Of a stretch of DNA of 64,000 nucleotides, positions 12,099-24,968 are shown piece after piece. Made by a program: the position numbers and the translations under genes. The number at the start of each line of letters is the position of its first letter. Position 1 is the stretch's first letter. The notes under the pieces are model-generated. The model worked only from the letters and a program-made list of their open reading frames with translations. It did no database searches and had not been told where the DNA came from. Origin of the DNA: Eledone cirrhosa (Eukaryota); contig OZ024760.1 in the NCBI GenBank assembly GCA_964016885.1, forward strand, positions 28,830,001 through 28,894,000, read 5' to 3'.

Positions 12099-12267
12099 AA
12101 CCTTATAGGCACCCGTTTTATGTGTGTTGTGTTGAGGCAAATAACTATGAGTATACTCTGGTAATGTATCTTACATTGCCCATTGAGTGCACTGAGATAC
12201 AACCGGTACTGGCATTGATAAATATGCTGGGTCCATCAACCCTTATTATTATATATATATAGAAGAC

Positions 12268-12482
12268 GATCGACTTTCGTCAAATCGGACCGAGGGAACA
12301 ATGTTTCCGTTGGTCTTTCCAATTGCTAATACTATCTATCGGTCGCAACTCCAGGTAGAAGGAGCAACGTGAAATAAAGTGTCTTGCTCAAGGACATAAC
12401 TCATCGCCTGGTCCAGGAATCGAGCTCACAACCTTACGATTGCGAATCCAATTCTCTAACCACTCAGCCACACGCCTTCACA
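12268..12482 (-). mobile_element. SINE family D (tRNA head, CORE-like domain, distinct tail)
   Basis: Homologous to 39600-39772 and 59727-59941. Confidence 0.8.
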
Positions 12483-12513
<31 letters not shown>

Positions 12514-12667
12514 CATGGTGCTGATGATATACAAGTGTATATTAAAGTGTATATGATCCAGAAGTATACAATCAATCATTTGGATATGAGGAATTGTTTC
12601 TTGATGTTCCAAGTTGTGTAAGATAGACAGGCATGCTATAGAGACATCTATTTCATATTCTACTGCT

Positions 12668-13034
12668 GGTGGTGGTGTGGTATGGTGGTGTGGTGGTGTG
12701 GTGTGGTGTGGTGGTGTGGTGTGGTGGTGTGGTGGTGTGGTGTGGTGTGTGGTATGGTGGTGTGGTGTGGTGTGGTGTAGTGGCGGTGTGGTGTAGTGGC
12801 GGTGTGGTGTAGTGGTGGTGTGGTGTGGTGGTGTGGTGTGGTGTAGTGTGGTGTGGTGTGATGTGGTGTGGTGTGGTGTGGTGGTGTACTGTGGTGGTGT
12901 GGTGTAGTGTAGTGTGGTGTGGTGTGGTGTGGTATGATGTGGTGGTGTGGTGTTCTGTGGTTGTAATGTAGTGTGGTGTAGAGGTGTGGTGGTAATGTAG
13001 TGTGGTGGTAATGTAGTGTGGTGTGGTGGTGTGT
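12668..13034. repeat. (GTG)n/(GTGTG)n microsatellite
   Basis: Directly visible. Confidence 0.9.
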
Positions 13035-13200
13035 AGAGAGAGATATGGTAATAAGTTAAAATATTTAACTACAACCCTCCCACCATAATTCTCTCTACTC
13101 TCAAGTTATATTTCTGTAAGAATTCTACTTATTTTACTAAATCCCTCCAAATTCTTGATTATTCTCAGAATTATTAACAAATATAGTCTGTCTTTTATTA

Positions 13201-13868
13201 TTCACTACCATGTAGCACCACATGTCCTCTACAGTCACAGCCCATGTTTCACTACCATGTAGCACCACATGTCCTCTGCAGTCACATCCCATGTTTCACT
13301 ACCATGTAGCACCACATGTCCTCTGCAGTCACAGCCCATATTCCACTACCATGTAGCACCACATGTCTTCTGCAGTCACAGCCCATGTTTCACTACCATG
13401 CAGCACCACATGTCATCTGCAGTCACAGCCCATGTTTCACTACCATGTAACACCACATGTCCTCTGCAGTCACAGGCCATGTTTCACTACGATGTAGCAC
13501 CACATGTCCTCTGCAGTCACATCCCATGTTTCACTACCATGTAACACCACATGTCGTCTGCAGTCACAGCCCATGTTTCACTACCATGTAGCACCACATG
13601 TCCTCTGCAATCACAGGCCATATTCCACTACCATGTAGCACCACATGTCCTCTGCAGTCACATCCCATGTTTCACCACCATGTAGCACCACATGTCCTCT
13701 GCAGTCACAGCCCATATTTCACTACCATGTAGCACCACATGTGTTCTGCAGTCACAGCCCATATTCCATTACCATGTAGCACCACATGTGTTCTGCAGTC
13801 ACAGCCCATATTCCACTACCATGTAGCACCACATGTGTTCTGCAGTCACAGCCCACGTTTCACTACCA
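13201..13868. repeat. 47-bp minisatellite (~14 copies) derived from RTE coding sequence
   Basis: Unit TTCACTACCATGTAGCACCACATGTCCTCTGCAGTCACAGCCCATGT; the reverse complement reads LHGSETWAVTAEDM. Confidence 0.9.
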
Positions 13869-13984
13869 ACCTTCACATACAACCTTCCCTTTCTATATAA
13901 GGAGAAACCTTATCAAAATTACTTGAAAGCCTGCAGCAGAAGTCTTTCGTGATAAATATGGTTTTGGGAAGATTAAAGGGGAGA

Positions 13985-14029
<45 letters not shown>

Positions 14030-14254
14030 TATATATGCAGATAGAGATATATTCACACACACATACATACACACGTACACACACACACATTATATATGCA
14101 GATATATATATAGAGAGATATATTCACACACACATACATACACACGTACACACACATTATATATGCAGATATATATATAGAGAGATATATTCACACACAC
14201 ATACATACATACACACGTACACACACATACACACGCACACACATATATATGCAG

Positions 14255-14306
14255 GGTTTTTCTGATGATTTCCTTCGAATGAAACAGTTTTAGTCCTGTA
14301 AAAGCC
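14255..14306 (+). ncRNA. Type I hammerhead ribozyme (family shared with 50699-50749)
   Basis: GGTTTTT CTGATGA TTTCCTTCGAAT GAAA CAG-ttttagtc-CTG TA AAAGCC, followed by family motif GTATTGAGTACCTTACTTACTGTGGTTACC. Confidence 0.65.
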
Positions 14307-14537
14307 ATTTCTATATTAGAAATTTGAGTATTGAGTACCTTACTTACTGTGGTTACCCACGATTGAATCCGGAATCACACATATATATATGCATATATAT
14401 ATATATATGCATATATATATATATATATATGCATATATATATATATATGCATATATATATATATATATGCATATATATATATATATATATGCATATATAT
14501 ATATATATGCATATATATATATATATATATATGTATA

Positions 14538-15114
14538 TTATCATCATCATCATCAACGTTTAACGTCCGTGTTCCACGCTTGCATGGGTTTGGACGGGGG
14601 TAGTCCCACTTGAGGCAAGAGTGATTGTCTTGCTCGCATAGGACTGTCTGGCAGGTTTTCTACAGTTGGATGCCCTTCCTAACACCAACCACATTTACAG
14701 TGTGGGGCTGGGAGGTTTTTACCGTGTTGCCTACACGGCCACATTACAGCGTGGACTGTGTGTTTTTTTGTCGTGACACCTACATGATCTCATTTGTTTC
14801 GGCCTGGATGGTGTGGCACCAACATAACTTTACATAGAACGGGGTGGTGTGGATGGGGTGGGGGTGGTGGTTGTGGGACGGGGTGTATTTTGTTAGAGAT
14901 GCCTACTGGCTGGAGTAGGTTTTACTATATATTTAGGTAAGGCAGGTCTTCTCTGTTACTGAGTACCGCCAAAGGTCTCGGTCCAGTGACATTGTCTTGG
15001 AGAGGTGTAAGTGTGTGATGTCGGAGTTTATCAGCTCGTCCCAGGTTTTTCTAGGTCTGCCTATTCCGTGACTACCGTCTATCTTTATTGCCCTGCACTT
15101 TGTTATACAGCTAT
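14538..15114 (-). mobile_element. RTE-A 3' end (ORF end plus 3' UTR)
   Basis: GRPRKTWDELINSD...RDLWR, then 3' UTR and (GAT)n tail. Confidence 0.9.
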
Positions 15115-15142
15115 CATATATATATATATGCATATATATATA

Positions 15143-15174
<32 letters not shown>

Positions 15175-15177
<3 letters not shown>

Positions 15178-15652
15178 GATGAGCTGATAAACTCCGACCT
15201 CACACACTTACACCTCTCCAAGACAATGTCACTGGACCGTGACCTTTGGCGGTACTCAGTAACAGAGAAGACCCGCCTTGCCAGTAGGCATCTCTAACAA
15301 ACTACACCCCGTCCCGCCACCACCCCCACCCCATCCACACCACCCCGTTCTATGTAAAGTTATGTTGGTGCCGCGCCATCCAGGCCAAAACAAATGAGAT
15401 CGTGTAGGTGTCACGACAAAAAAACACACAGTCCACGCTGTAATGTGGCCGTGTAGGCAACACGGTAAAAACCTCCCAGACCCACACTGTAAATGTGGTT
15501 GGTGTTAGGAAGGGCATCCAACTGTAGAAAACCTGCCAGACAGTCCTATGCGAGCAAGACAATCACTCTTGCCTCAAGTGGGACTACCCCCGTCCAAACC
15601 CATGCAAGCGTGGAACACGGACGTTAAACGTTGATGATGATGATGATGATGA
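15175..15652 (+). mobile_element. RTE-A 3' end, inverted partner of 14538-15114
   Basis: Near-identical reverse complement of the left copy. Confidence 0.9.
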
Positions 15653-16001
15653 TATATATATATATATATGCATATATATATATGGAATAGAATGAAACAA
15701 AATTTCATTTCTCACTCTTAGTATGGCACTTACTTAAATGTAAGTATATATGTATATATGTATACATATATGTATATACGTATACATACATATACTACTG
15801 TACGTATACATACATATATGTATACAGACGTACAGTAATATGTATATATATACATACATGCACACATATATTTCTGCATGTATCGGTTTACCGAACATTT
15901 ATTATAATGCTCGGTTTGTTTGTAAACAAACAAACAGCCCGAATTACGCCGTACAGTGTTTAGACAACCACGTCACCTTTTTGTTCAACACTGACACAGG
16001 A

Positions 16002-16044
16002 ACGATGTACTAGTTTCAAGCTTATTAGCTATCGTCAGCATCGT
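16002..16044 (-). ncRNA. Minimal type I hammerhead ribozyme
   Basis: ACGATG CTGACGA TAGCT-aata-AGCTT GAAA CTAG TA CATCGT: perfect 6-bp stem I, palindromic CUAG, GUA triplet. Confidence 0.85.
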
Positions 16045-16260
16045 ATACCATCCTGCCAGATGGTTGAACGTCTGAAAGTATATACTTTCCTTATGCATAT
16101 TAACGGCTGAACAGCCTAATTTGCATATCGAGTGATATTATAATAAATGTTCGGTAAACCGATACGTGCATATATATATGTGTGCATGTATGTATATATA
16201 TACATACTACTGTACGTCTGTATACATATATGTATGTACGTATACATACATATATATATA

Positions 16261-16301
<41 letters not shown>

Positions 16302-16347
16302 ATATATATATATACAATTCTGTGTGTGTGTATATATATATACAATT

Positions 16348-16646
16348 CTCAGAGTTGTGAGTTCAATTGTCAGAGCGGGTGATGTGTTGTTTCCTTGAGC
16401 AAGACACTTTATTTCACATTGCTCCAGTTTACTCAGCTGTAGAAATGAGATGATAGGGACTGGGGTCCCTATCATTCCACTGCAAAGTGGTCGTGGAGGT
16501 ACCACGGCAGAAAAGCACCCAGCACTCACTGTAAATGAGGTTGGTGTTAGGAAGGGCATCCAGCTGTAGACATCAAGCCAGAATCAGTTCCCGTCCCACC
16601 CTTGCAAGCAGGGAAAAGCGGATGTAAAATGATGATGATGATGATG
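16348..16646 (+). mobile_element. SINE family B (5'-truncated)
   Basis: B-box, CORE-like region, single 49-bp module and RTE-B tail. Confidence 0.85.
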
Positions 16647-16739
<93 letters not shown>

Positions 16740-16746
16740 ATATATT

Positions 16747-16778
<32 letters not shown>

Positions 16779-16833
16779 TATATATGCAGATGTATATATA
16801 TACACACACAGACACACAAACACTTATGCAGAT

Positions 16834-16864
<31 letters not shown>

Positions 16865-17044
16865 CACAGTAAGAACATTAATCAATATCTTGTTAGGTAT
16901 AATGAGGTAGGTGTCATGGTTTTAAGGTAAACTGGGCTTGAAGAATCTGGAAACCATGGCAACCAAGCTGCTGTTGAAATTGGAATATTTTATTAATTAT
17001 CACAGTGGTATTTAAAAACTGACAATTTAAAGCCATTTTCGTAT

Positions 17045-17390
17045 TCATCAGCATCATCATCATAATTATCACCATCGTCATCATCATCACCATCGTCATC
17101 ATTACCACTACCATCATCATCATCACTATCATTAACACCACTATCACCACCACCACCACCACTATCACCACAACCACTACCACCACCACTATCACCACCA
17201 CTACCACTATCACCACCATCACTACCACTACCATCACCAACCACCGTCACCACCACCACCACTGTCACCACCAACACCACCACTGTCACCACCATTACCA
17301 CTATCACCACCACCACCACCACCACTACTACCATCACCGCCACCACCACTACTATCACCACCACCACCACTATCACCACCATCATCACCA
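17045..17390. repeat. (CAT)n/(CAC)n microsatellite
   Basis: Directly visible. Confidence 0.9.
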
Positions 17391-17398
17391 GAATATCC

Positions 17399-17860
17399 TT
17401 ATGGGGTCAATAAAATAAATTACCAGTAATACACTGGATTAATTGCTGGCCTTGTGCCAAAAGTAGAAACAATTATTATGGGGTCAATAAAATAAAGTAC
17501 CAGTAATACACTGAGGTAATTGCTGGCCTTGTGCCAAAAGTAGAAACAATTATTATGGGGTCAATAAAATAAAGTACCAGTAATACACTGAGGTAATTGC
17601 TGGCCTTGTGCCAAAAGTAGAAACAATTATTATGGGGTCAATAAAATAAAGTACCAGTAATACACTGGGGTAATTGCTGGCCTTGTGCCAAAAGTAGAAA
17701 CAATTATTATGGGGTCAATAAAATAAAGTACCAGTAATACACTGGGGTAATTGCTGGCCTTGTGCCAAAAGTAGAAACAATTATTATGGGGTCAATAAAA
17801 TAAAGTACCAGTAATGCACTGGGTATTTGCTGGCCTCGTGCCAAAACTAGAAACAATTAT
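17399..17860 (+). repeat. 77-bp tandem repeat x6 made of the SINE A 3' half
   Basis: Unit TTATGGGGTCAATAAAATAAAGTACCAGTAATACACTGGGGTAATTGCTGGCCTTGTGCCAAAAGTAGAAACAATTA. Confidence 0.92.
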
Positions 17861-18656
17861 ATTACAGTTACGTACCATTCATCTATGCAACTATGCCAGC
17901 AATGCGGGTGTGCAGTGTTATAGATAAATATCGGTGCAAGGGAGGTCACTCTTGGTATATTTATAGTTTTCAAATTGCTGAAATAATTCTATTGCTTGGT
18001 AAGGTTGAAAAGCCAGACATTACCTGTTGTGTTTAATATGGCTTGATGGTTCGGGTGCTTGGCTCCCGAATGTAAGGTCATGTGTTCGATTCCCGGACCG
18101 CGTGGCGAGCAAGACTCTTACTTTATTATTTTATGTTACTCCAGTCGAGCCAGCTAAGAATAAATAGACTTTACCTGGACAACATCATATGTATATATAT
18201 ATATATATGTGTATGTATATATATATATATGTGTGTGTGTATATATATATGTGTGCGTGTGTGTCTGTATATATATATGTGTGTGTGTATATATATGTGT
18301 GTGTGTGTGTGTGTGTATATATATGTGTGTATGTATATATATATGTGTGTGTGTGTGTGTGTATGTGTGTGTGTGTGTATATATGTGTGTGTGTGTGTGC
18401 ATCATCATCATCACCGTTTTACGTCTGTTCTTCCACCTAGCATGGGTTAGACGGGTTGTCCTGTTGTGGGCAGTGTCCACACCGCGCATTATAATAAATG
18501 TTCGGTGAATCCATACGTACATATATATATATGTGCATGTATGTATATATATATGCATACTACTGTACGTCTGTGTACATATATGTATGTACATATACAT
18601 ACTTATATATATATATATATATATATATACATGATGATGCTGATCATATATATATT

Positions 18657-19367
18657 TCTAGGGCGGGTAAAATTCCTGAGATACATGGATGAGTTCTCTC
18701 CAGCGGTCTCTGTCCCTCATTATCGCTGCCATGTCCTGCGTCTCCAACAGACAAGTGTCTGTCCTTAGGGCATCAACTTATGTGGTACCAACATAACTTT
18801 ACATTGAAAGGGTGGTGTGGATGGGGTGGTGGTGGTGGGACGGGGTCTATTTTGTGAGAGGTGCCTACTGACTGTAGTAGGTTTCACTTTGTACTTAGGT
18901 AAGGCAGGTCTTCTCTATTACTGTGTAGCACCAAAGATCTCGGTCCAGTGACATTGTCTTGGAGAGGTGTAAGTGTGTGAGGTCGGAATTTATCAAGTCG
19001 TCCCAGGTTTTTCTGGGTCTGCCTACTCCGTGGCTACCATCTATTTTTATTGCCCTGCACTTTTTTATACAGCTATCGTCTTTCATGCGCATCACGTGAC
19101 CATACCAACGTAGTCTTCTCTCGAGTAAACAACATCTGATCCCTCTTATTTCTAATTTTTCCCTTAGTTCGTTTATGCTTTGCCGTTCACGTATATTACT
19201 ATTACACATCTAGCGGAGCATGCAAGCTTCGTTCCTCTCCAGTCTGCGTATATCCTCTGCACACAATGCCCAGGTCTCACTGCCATGTAACATTGCTGTT
19301 CGTATGCAGGCATCATACAGCCTGCCTTTCATTTTTACAGAGAACCTTTTAGCGGCTAATAGTGGTA
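18657..19367 (-). mobile_element. Chimeric RTE 3' fragments (RTE-A C-terminus joined to the 3' end of the 53.4-kb family)
   Basis: MLHGSETW...RLRWYGHVMRM...GRPRKTW; 18657-18776 matches 53408-53527. Confidence 0.85.
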
Positions 19368-19514
19368 ACAGATTAATGTTTAAGCAAAGAATCGCTGCTG
19401 TCACCCTTAACGGGATCTTCTGAAACTAAAAAAAATCAATCTGTCAACGCAGAAGTAAATATTTCGAAAAACGTTGCAACCGAAGTCTTCACATCTATTA
19501 TTATTACTATATAT

Positions 19515-19584
<70 letters not shown>

Positions 19585-19585
<1 letters not shown>

Positions 19586-19763
19586 ATAATTGTTTCTACT
19601 TTAGGCACAAGGCCAGCAATTACCCAGTGTATTACGGGTACTTTATTTTATCGACCCCGAAAGATGAAATGCAAAGTTAACCTCGGCGGGATTTGAACTC
19701 AGACCGCAAAGGGACGTAACTATGCTGGAAAGCATGGCGTCCGACCCTCTACCGATACTGCCA
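19585..19763 (-). mobile_element. SINE family A
   Basis: Homologous to the other A copies. Confidence 0.85.
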
Positions 19764-19789
19764 TATAGTAATAATAATGCTAAATTCTA

Positions 19790-20139
19790 GCTCAAGCAAA
19801 CAACTGCAAGGCGACCCACATCGACCGTGAAATTTTGAAGTTTTTGCCCAGAAAGTTATTTTTTAAGATAACATTTTTTTATCTTATATAATTCTTTCTT
19901 AAATTAAAAACTTGTTCAGAATTATTCTTGGTCTTAGAAGGATAAGTAACAATAAATATAATGGGGAAGGTAACTTGCAAAGAGGGGACAGAGCGTAGGT
20001 ATAGGGCAAACACCTATTTTTCGCTGTGGGAGCAGCAAAATTTTAACTTTCAGAAAATTACCTATTGCTAAGGGCCACCCTAATATACATATATCTGTAT
20101 GTGGTTGACAGCTGAGAGAAATGGGTACTTGGTATTGAG

Positions 20140-20202
<63 letters not shown>

Positions 20203-20282
20203 CATACTCTCCTTAGTATCCTTGCTTTCATATTTCTCCTTGCTCCCCTTTTCTCATTGTATTTGTATATAAACAAGTACAT
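19790..20282. repeat. Unclassified interspersed repeat C
   Basis: Highly similar to 31730-32156; shares AAATTACCTATTGCTAAGGGCCACCCTAATA with 20540-20775 and 38305-38490. Confidence 0.75.
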
Positions 20283-21434
20283 TGATACAAGGAGAAAAGA
20301 AGAGCAAGGAGAGCAATGAGAAAAGGAGAGCAAGGGGAACAATGAGAAAAGGAGAGCAAGGGGAACAATGAGAAAAGGAGAGCAAAGGGAACAATGAGAA
20401 AAGGAGAGCAAGGAAAGGAAGAGCAGCCGTGGGGTTGTGAGTTGTGTTCTTCCGTTGAAAGAATTGTACTGCACCTAATGGTAGTGTAGAGAAATAAAAT
20501 ATTAAGAAACATAAGTCAGTCATAAACTGAACTAATATGACTTATCCGGGTTTGAAAATGGTCGAGATAGGGAACAGCATACCGCTATTGAACAGAATTA
20601 ATCGTTGCGTATACTATGTTCCAACTTCAAGGTGTTTGAGGGTCGCCTAACAGTTGTCCAATTGAGTTGAAATTTTGCACACCCCGTGTTCTTGTTGATT
20701 GGAATAGGATTAGGGGGTGGGAGCAGCAAAAGTTTTAGGAAATTACCTATTGCTAAGGGCCATCCTAGTGCACATATAGACACATGTATATATACATGTA
20801 TGTATATATGAATGAATGTTTATCTGTATCTATTCATTTATGTATATATGTATATCTAAGCACCCAGTCCACTCTGAAAAGGGGTCGTGTAAGTGTCACG
20901 ACAAAAAGCACCCAGCACCCATTGTAAAATGGTTGTGTAGGTGTCACAACGATAAGCACCCAGTACACTCTGTAAAGTGGTCATGTAGATGTCACAACAA
21001 AAAGCCCCCAGGCCACACTGTAAATGTGGAAGGACATCTAGCCAGAAACACTCCTATATAAGTAAGACACAGTCACCTGACCAATCTTACCTCAAATGGG
21101 AATTGTCCCACTTGAGGCAAGATTGGTCGGGTGACCATGTCTCGCTCGTATAGGACTATCTGGCAGGTTTTCTAAGGCTGGGTGCCCTTCCTAACACCAA
21201 CCACATTTACAGTGTGGCCTGGGGGCTTTTTACCGTGTTACCTACACGGTCACATTGCAGTGTGGACTGTGTGTTTTTTATTTTATAGATGTTAAAGAGT
21301 TCTTTATTAATAAGGCTGTGATATATATGACAATGACGATTGTGGTCACTTGTGGAAATCTAACCCATGCTAGCATGTAAGATGGACGTTAAACGATGAT
21401 GATGATGATGATGGTGAACTTCATATTTTCGTTA

Positions 21435-22367
21435 TCTATATATATAAAACTGAGGATGTCGGTCTGTGTGTGTGTGAGTTTGAATCCCTAAAACTCGAGA
21501 ACCACCCAACCGACTGTTTTCAAACTTTACACATGTAATACTTATGTATCAGGCAGTGTTCTGAGCAAAAATAATTTCAAATTTTCAATGCCCTAGGGAC
21601 CACATTAGGCGATTTAGCGATCTCTCTCTATAATTCTTAGTCTTTCTATTTTTAGATAGATACATACATATAACGTCGCGCCCTTATAATATCTGTCTGT
21701 ATGTCTGACTGTCTGCATTACGTCACTTCCTTGAGGATGTCTATCTGTCTGTGTGTGTGTGTCTGTGAGTTTGAATCCCTAAAACTCGAGAAGTACCCAA
21801 CCAATTTTTTAAAAACTTTACATGTGTATTACTTATGTTTCAGGGAGTGTTATGCATATAAAAAAATTCAACTTTTTGATCATCCCCTAGAGCCGGCATT
21901 AGTTGAAAAACTGCGTTTTTTCTGGTTTTTAGGGGTTTTTTGAGTTGTAACGTCAGACTGATTTCCTTGAAATTGTAACTATGTATTAGTCAGTCTCTTC
22001 TTCATACCGTGAGCAAAGAAAATCCAACTTTTTTATGGCCTAGGGCCTGCATTAGGTGAAAAACTTCATTTTTTCAGCTTTTTAGGGCTTTTTGAGGCGT
22101 TACGTCTAGCCGATTTTCCCGAAATTTCAAGGCATATTATGCACATAAAAAAAATTCATTTTCTTGACCCCCTAGGGCCCGCACTAGGTGAAAACCTGCA
22201 TTTTTCCTACTTCATCGAGGAAAATCTTAAAGATTATCCAGCCATCAGAGTATTCGGGTTATTTTCTTTACATATTGTCAAGACATGCAGTTTTTCCACG
22301 ATTAGGTCTGTTGGAGGCCCGCGTTCCAAAATACCTTATCCCGTGCAACGGCGGGTACCACTGCTAG
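21435..22367 (+). mobile_element. Non-autonomous Helitron
   Basis: A|TCTATATATATAAAA 5' end; 3' hairpin CCCGTGCAACGGCGGG then CTAG|T; internal diverged tandem duplications. Confidence 0.85.
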
Positions 22368-22609
22368 TTCTAAATATACTCCGTCATTCTTATTCTTAAG
22401 AAGTAATCTGATGTTGAGTGCTTTAATTGAATTGCATCATTGTCTACCATATGAATATATTTCATCATCATCGATTAACGTCCATCTTCCACTCTAGCAT
22501 GGGTTAGACAGGTTGTCCCACTTGAGGCAAGTTAGGTCAGGTGACCATGTCTTGCTCATATAGGAGTGTTTCTGGCTGGATTTCTATGGCTGGATGCCCT
22601 TCCTAACAC

Positions 22610-22794
22610 AGACACACATATACATATATATATATATATGTACATGTACATACATATGTACATGTATACATATATGTATATGTACATGTACATATACATA
22701 TATATATTTATGCACACACATACATATATTATATATGTTTTATTCAACTTATTCTCACTCTAAATTAACACACATACACACACGCACACATGTG

Positions 22795-22836
<42 letters not shown>

Positions 22837-22854
22837 TGTGTATATATGTGTGTG

Positions 22855-22900
<46 letters not shown>

Positions 22901-23052
22901 AGTGTGTGTGTGTGTATGTGTGTGTGTATAAATGTGTGTGTATATATGTGTGTGTATATATGTGTGTGTGTGTATATATATATGTGTGTGTATATATATA
23001 TATATACATACACAAACATACACACACATATATATATATATTTATATATATA

Positions 23053-23094
<42 letters not shown>

Positions 23095-23338
23095 CATTAT
23101 TGGAAAATATTTAATTTAGAAAAGTGAGGTGTATGATAAGACTTTGAAATATTTCCTGAAATCAAGATGTCTGCCTCCTGGAACATTTTTGGTGGAATTG
23201 GTGAAGATATTTGAGGATTTAAGTGATATTGTCTTACATAATATATACATACACATATATATATAGAAACACACACACATACATATATATATATATACAC
23301 ACACACACAAATACATGTATATATATATGTATGTATGA

Positions 23339-23374
<36 letters not shown>

Positions 23375-23455
23375 GCATATACATGTATATATATATATAA
23401 TATATATGTAAATATATACACACACATTTAGATATGTATTTATACATTATATATA

Positions 23456-23523
<68 letters not shown>

Positions 23524-23800
23524 TCATCATCATTTTCCGTCCGCTTTTCCCTGCTTGCAAGGGTGGGACATATATATATATATATAATGTATAAATACAT
23601 ATCTAAATGTGTGAGTGTGTGTGTATGTATGTATATATGCATATGCCTGTATATACATATAATATATATGTAAATATACACACACACATTTAGATATGTA
23701 TTTATACATTATATATACATTGTATATACACACACATATTTATCTATATATATATATATATATATATATAATGTATAAGTACATATCTAAATGTGTGTGT

Positions 23801-23840
<40 letters not shown>

Positions 23841-23910
23841 CCGTCCCATCCTTGCAAGCATGGAAAAGCAGACGTAAAATGATGATGATGATATATATAT
23901 ATATATATAT
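22610..23910. repeat. (TA)n/(TG)n compound microsatellite with local duplications and inversions
   Basis: Directly visible. Confidence 0.85.
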
Positions 23911-24087
23911 ACTAACTTTCCTGTCCTCCACATTTTTTCATGTATACACACACACCCAAGCATACTTTAACCCTTTAGCAATTACATTATATATTCTATT
24001 GTATTTTCACAGTAAAGGCTTTACCTCACATAATATCTCACATTACTCTATATATACTATTGTATTTTCACAATAAAGGCTTTACCT

Positions 24088-24460
24088 CATTAACCCTTCC
24101 ATTACCATATTTCTAATGTAAGATACTGTCTATGTCATTAACCCTTTCATTACCATATTTCTAATGTAAGACACTGTCTATGTCATTAACCCTTTCATTA
24201 CAATATTTCTAATGAAAGACACTATCTATGTCATTAACCCTTTCATTACCATATTTCTAATGAAAGACACTATTTATGTCATTAACCCTTTCATTACCGT
24301 ATTTCTAATGAAAGACACTATTTATGTCATTAACCCTTTCATTACCATATTTCTAATGAAAGACAGTCTATGTCATTAACCCTTTCATTACCATATTTCT
24401 AATGAAAGACACTGTCTATGTCATTAACCCTATCATACCATATTTCTAATGAAAGACACT
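24088..24460. repeat. 48-bp minisatellite (~8 copies)
   Basis: Unit CATTAACCCTTTCATTACCATATTTCTAATGAAAGACACTGTCTATGT. Confidence 0.92.
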
Positions 24461-24574
24461 ACCCTCCTCATAGGAAAATGGACTCAACCGTTGCTTTAAA
24501 TAGCCTCATTTCCATGAATATTACTCACCCCTATTATGGTGCCTTTTACATTTATTTTCTGTTTTGTCTTTCAG

Positions 24575-24968
24575 AGATGGAAGGCTACAAAAGGGAGATC
24601 AGATTTTGGCCATTGATGGTCAGCCATTAGACTTCTCACACAAAGCTGCCATACAGCTTTTGAAGAGCGCTCGTGGCCCTGTAGAACTGGTGGTTGCACG
24701 GGGCCCCGTTCAAGCTCCATTAGAAAGCGGTACTGCTTCTATAAGCAGCAACAACAGCAACAACAGCAACAACAGCAAGGCAGTCAGCAGTGGCTCGACT
24801 GTACCGACATCACCAGTGGACAGAAGAGAATCACCACAGCTTGATTCACCTCCTGTCTCAGAAGAGAACCTTATACAAGCTAGACAGGAGACATTGAAAC
24901 AAGTATCTAATGAGAACAACACAACAGTTCTTCCTTCACAACATCGCAAAACCTCTACAGACATGGTG
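24575..24968 (+). CDS. MPDZ: Internal exon of a multiple-PDZ-domain protein (MPDZ/Patj family): C-terminal half of a PDZ domain (probably PDZ1) plus linker
   Basis: Polypyrimidine tract and TTTCAG acceptor; DGRLQKGDQILAIDGQPLDFSHKAAIQLLKSARGPVELVVARG PDZ signature; ends STDMV at donor GTG|GTGAGT, resembling the SDMV-LNTEW linker of invertebrate Patj as I recall it; phase 2 start, phase 0 end. Confidence 0.85.
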
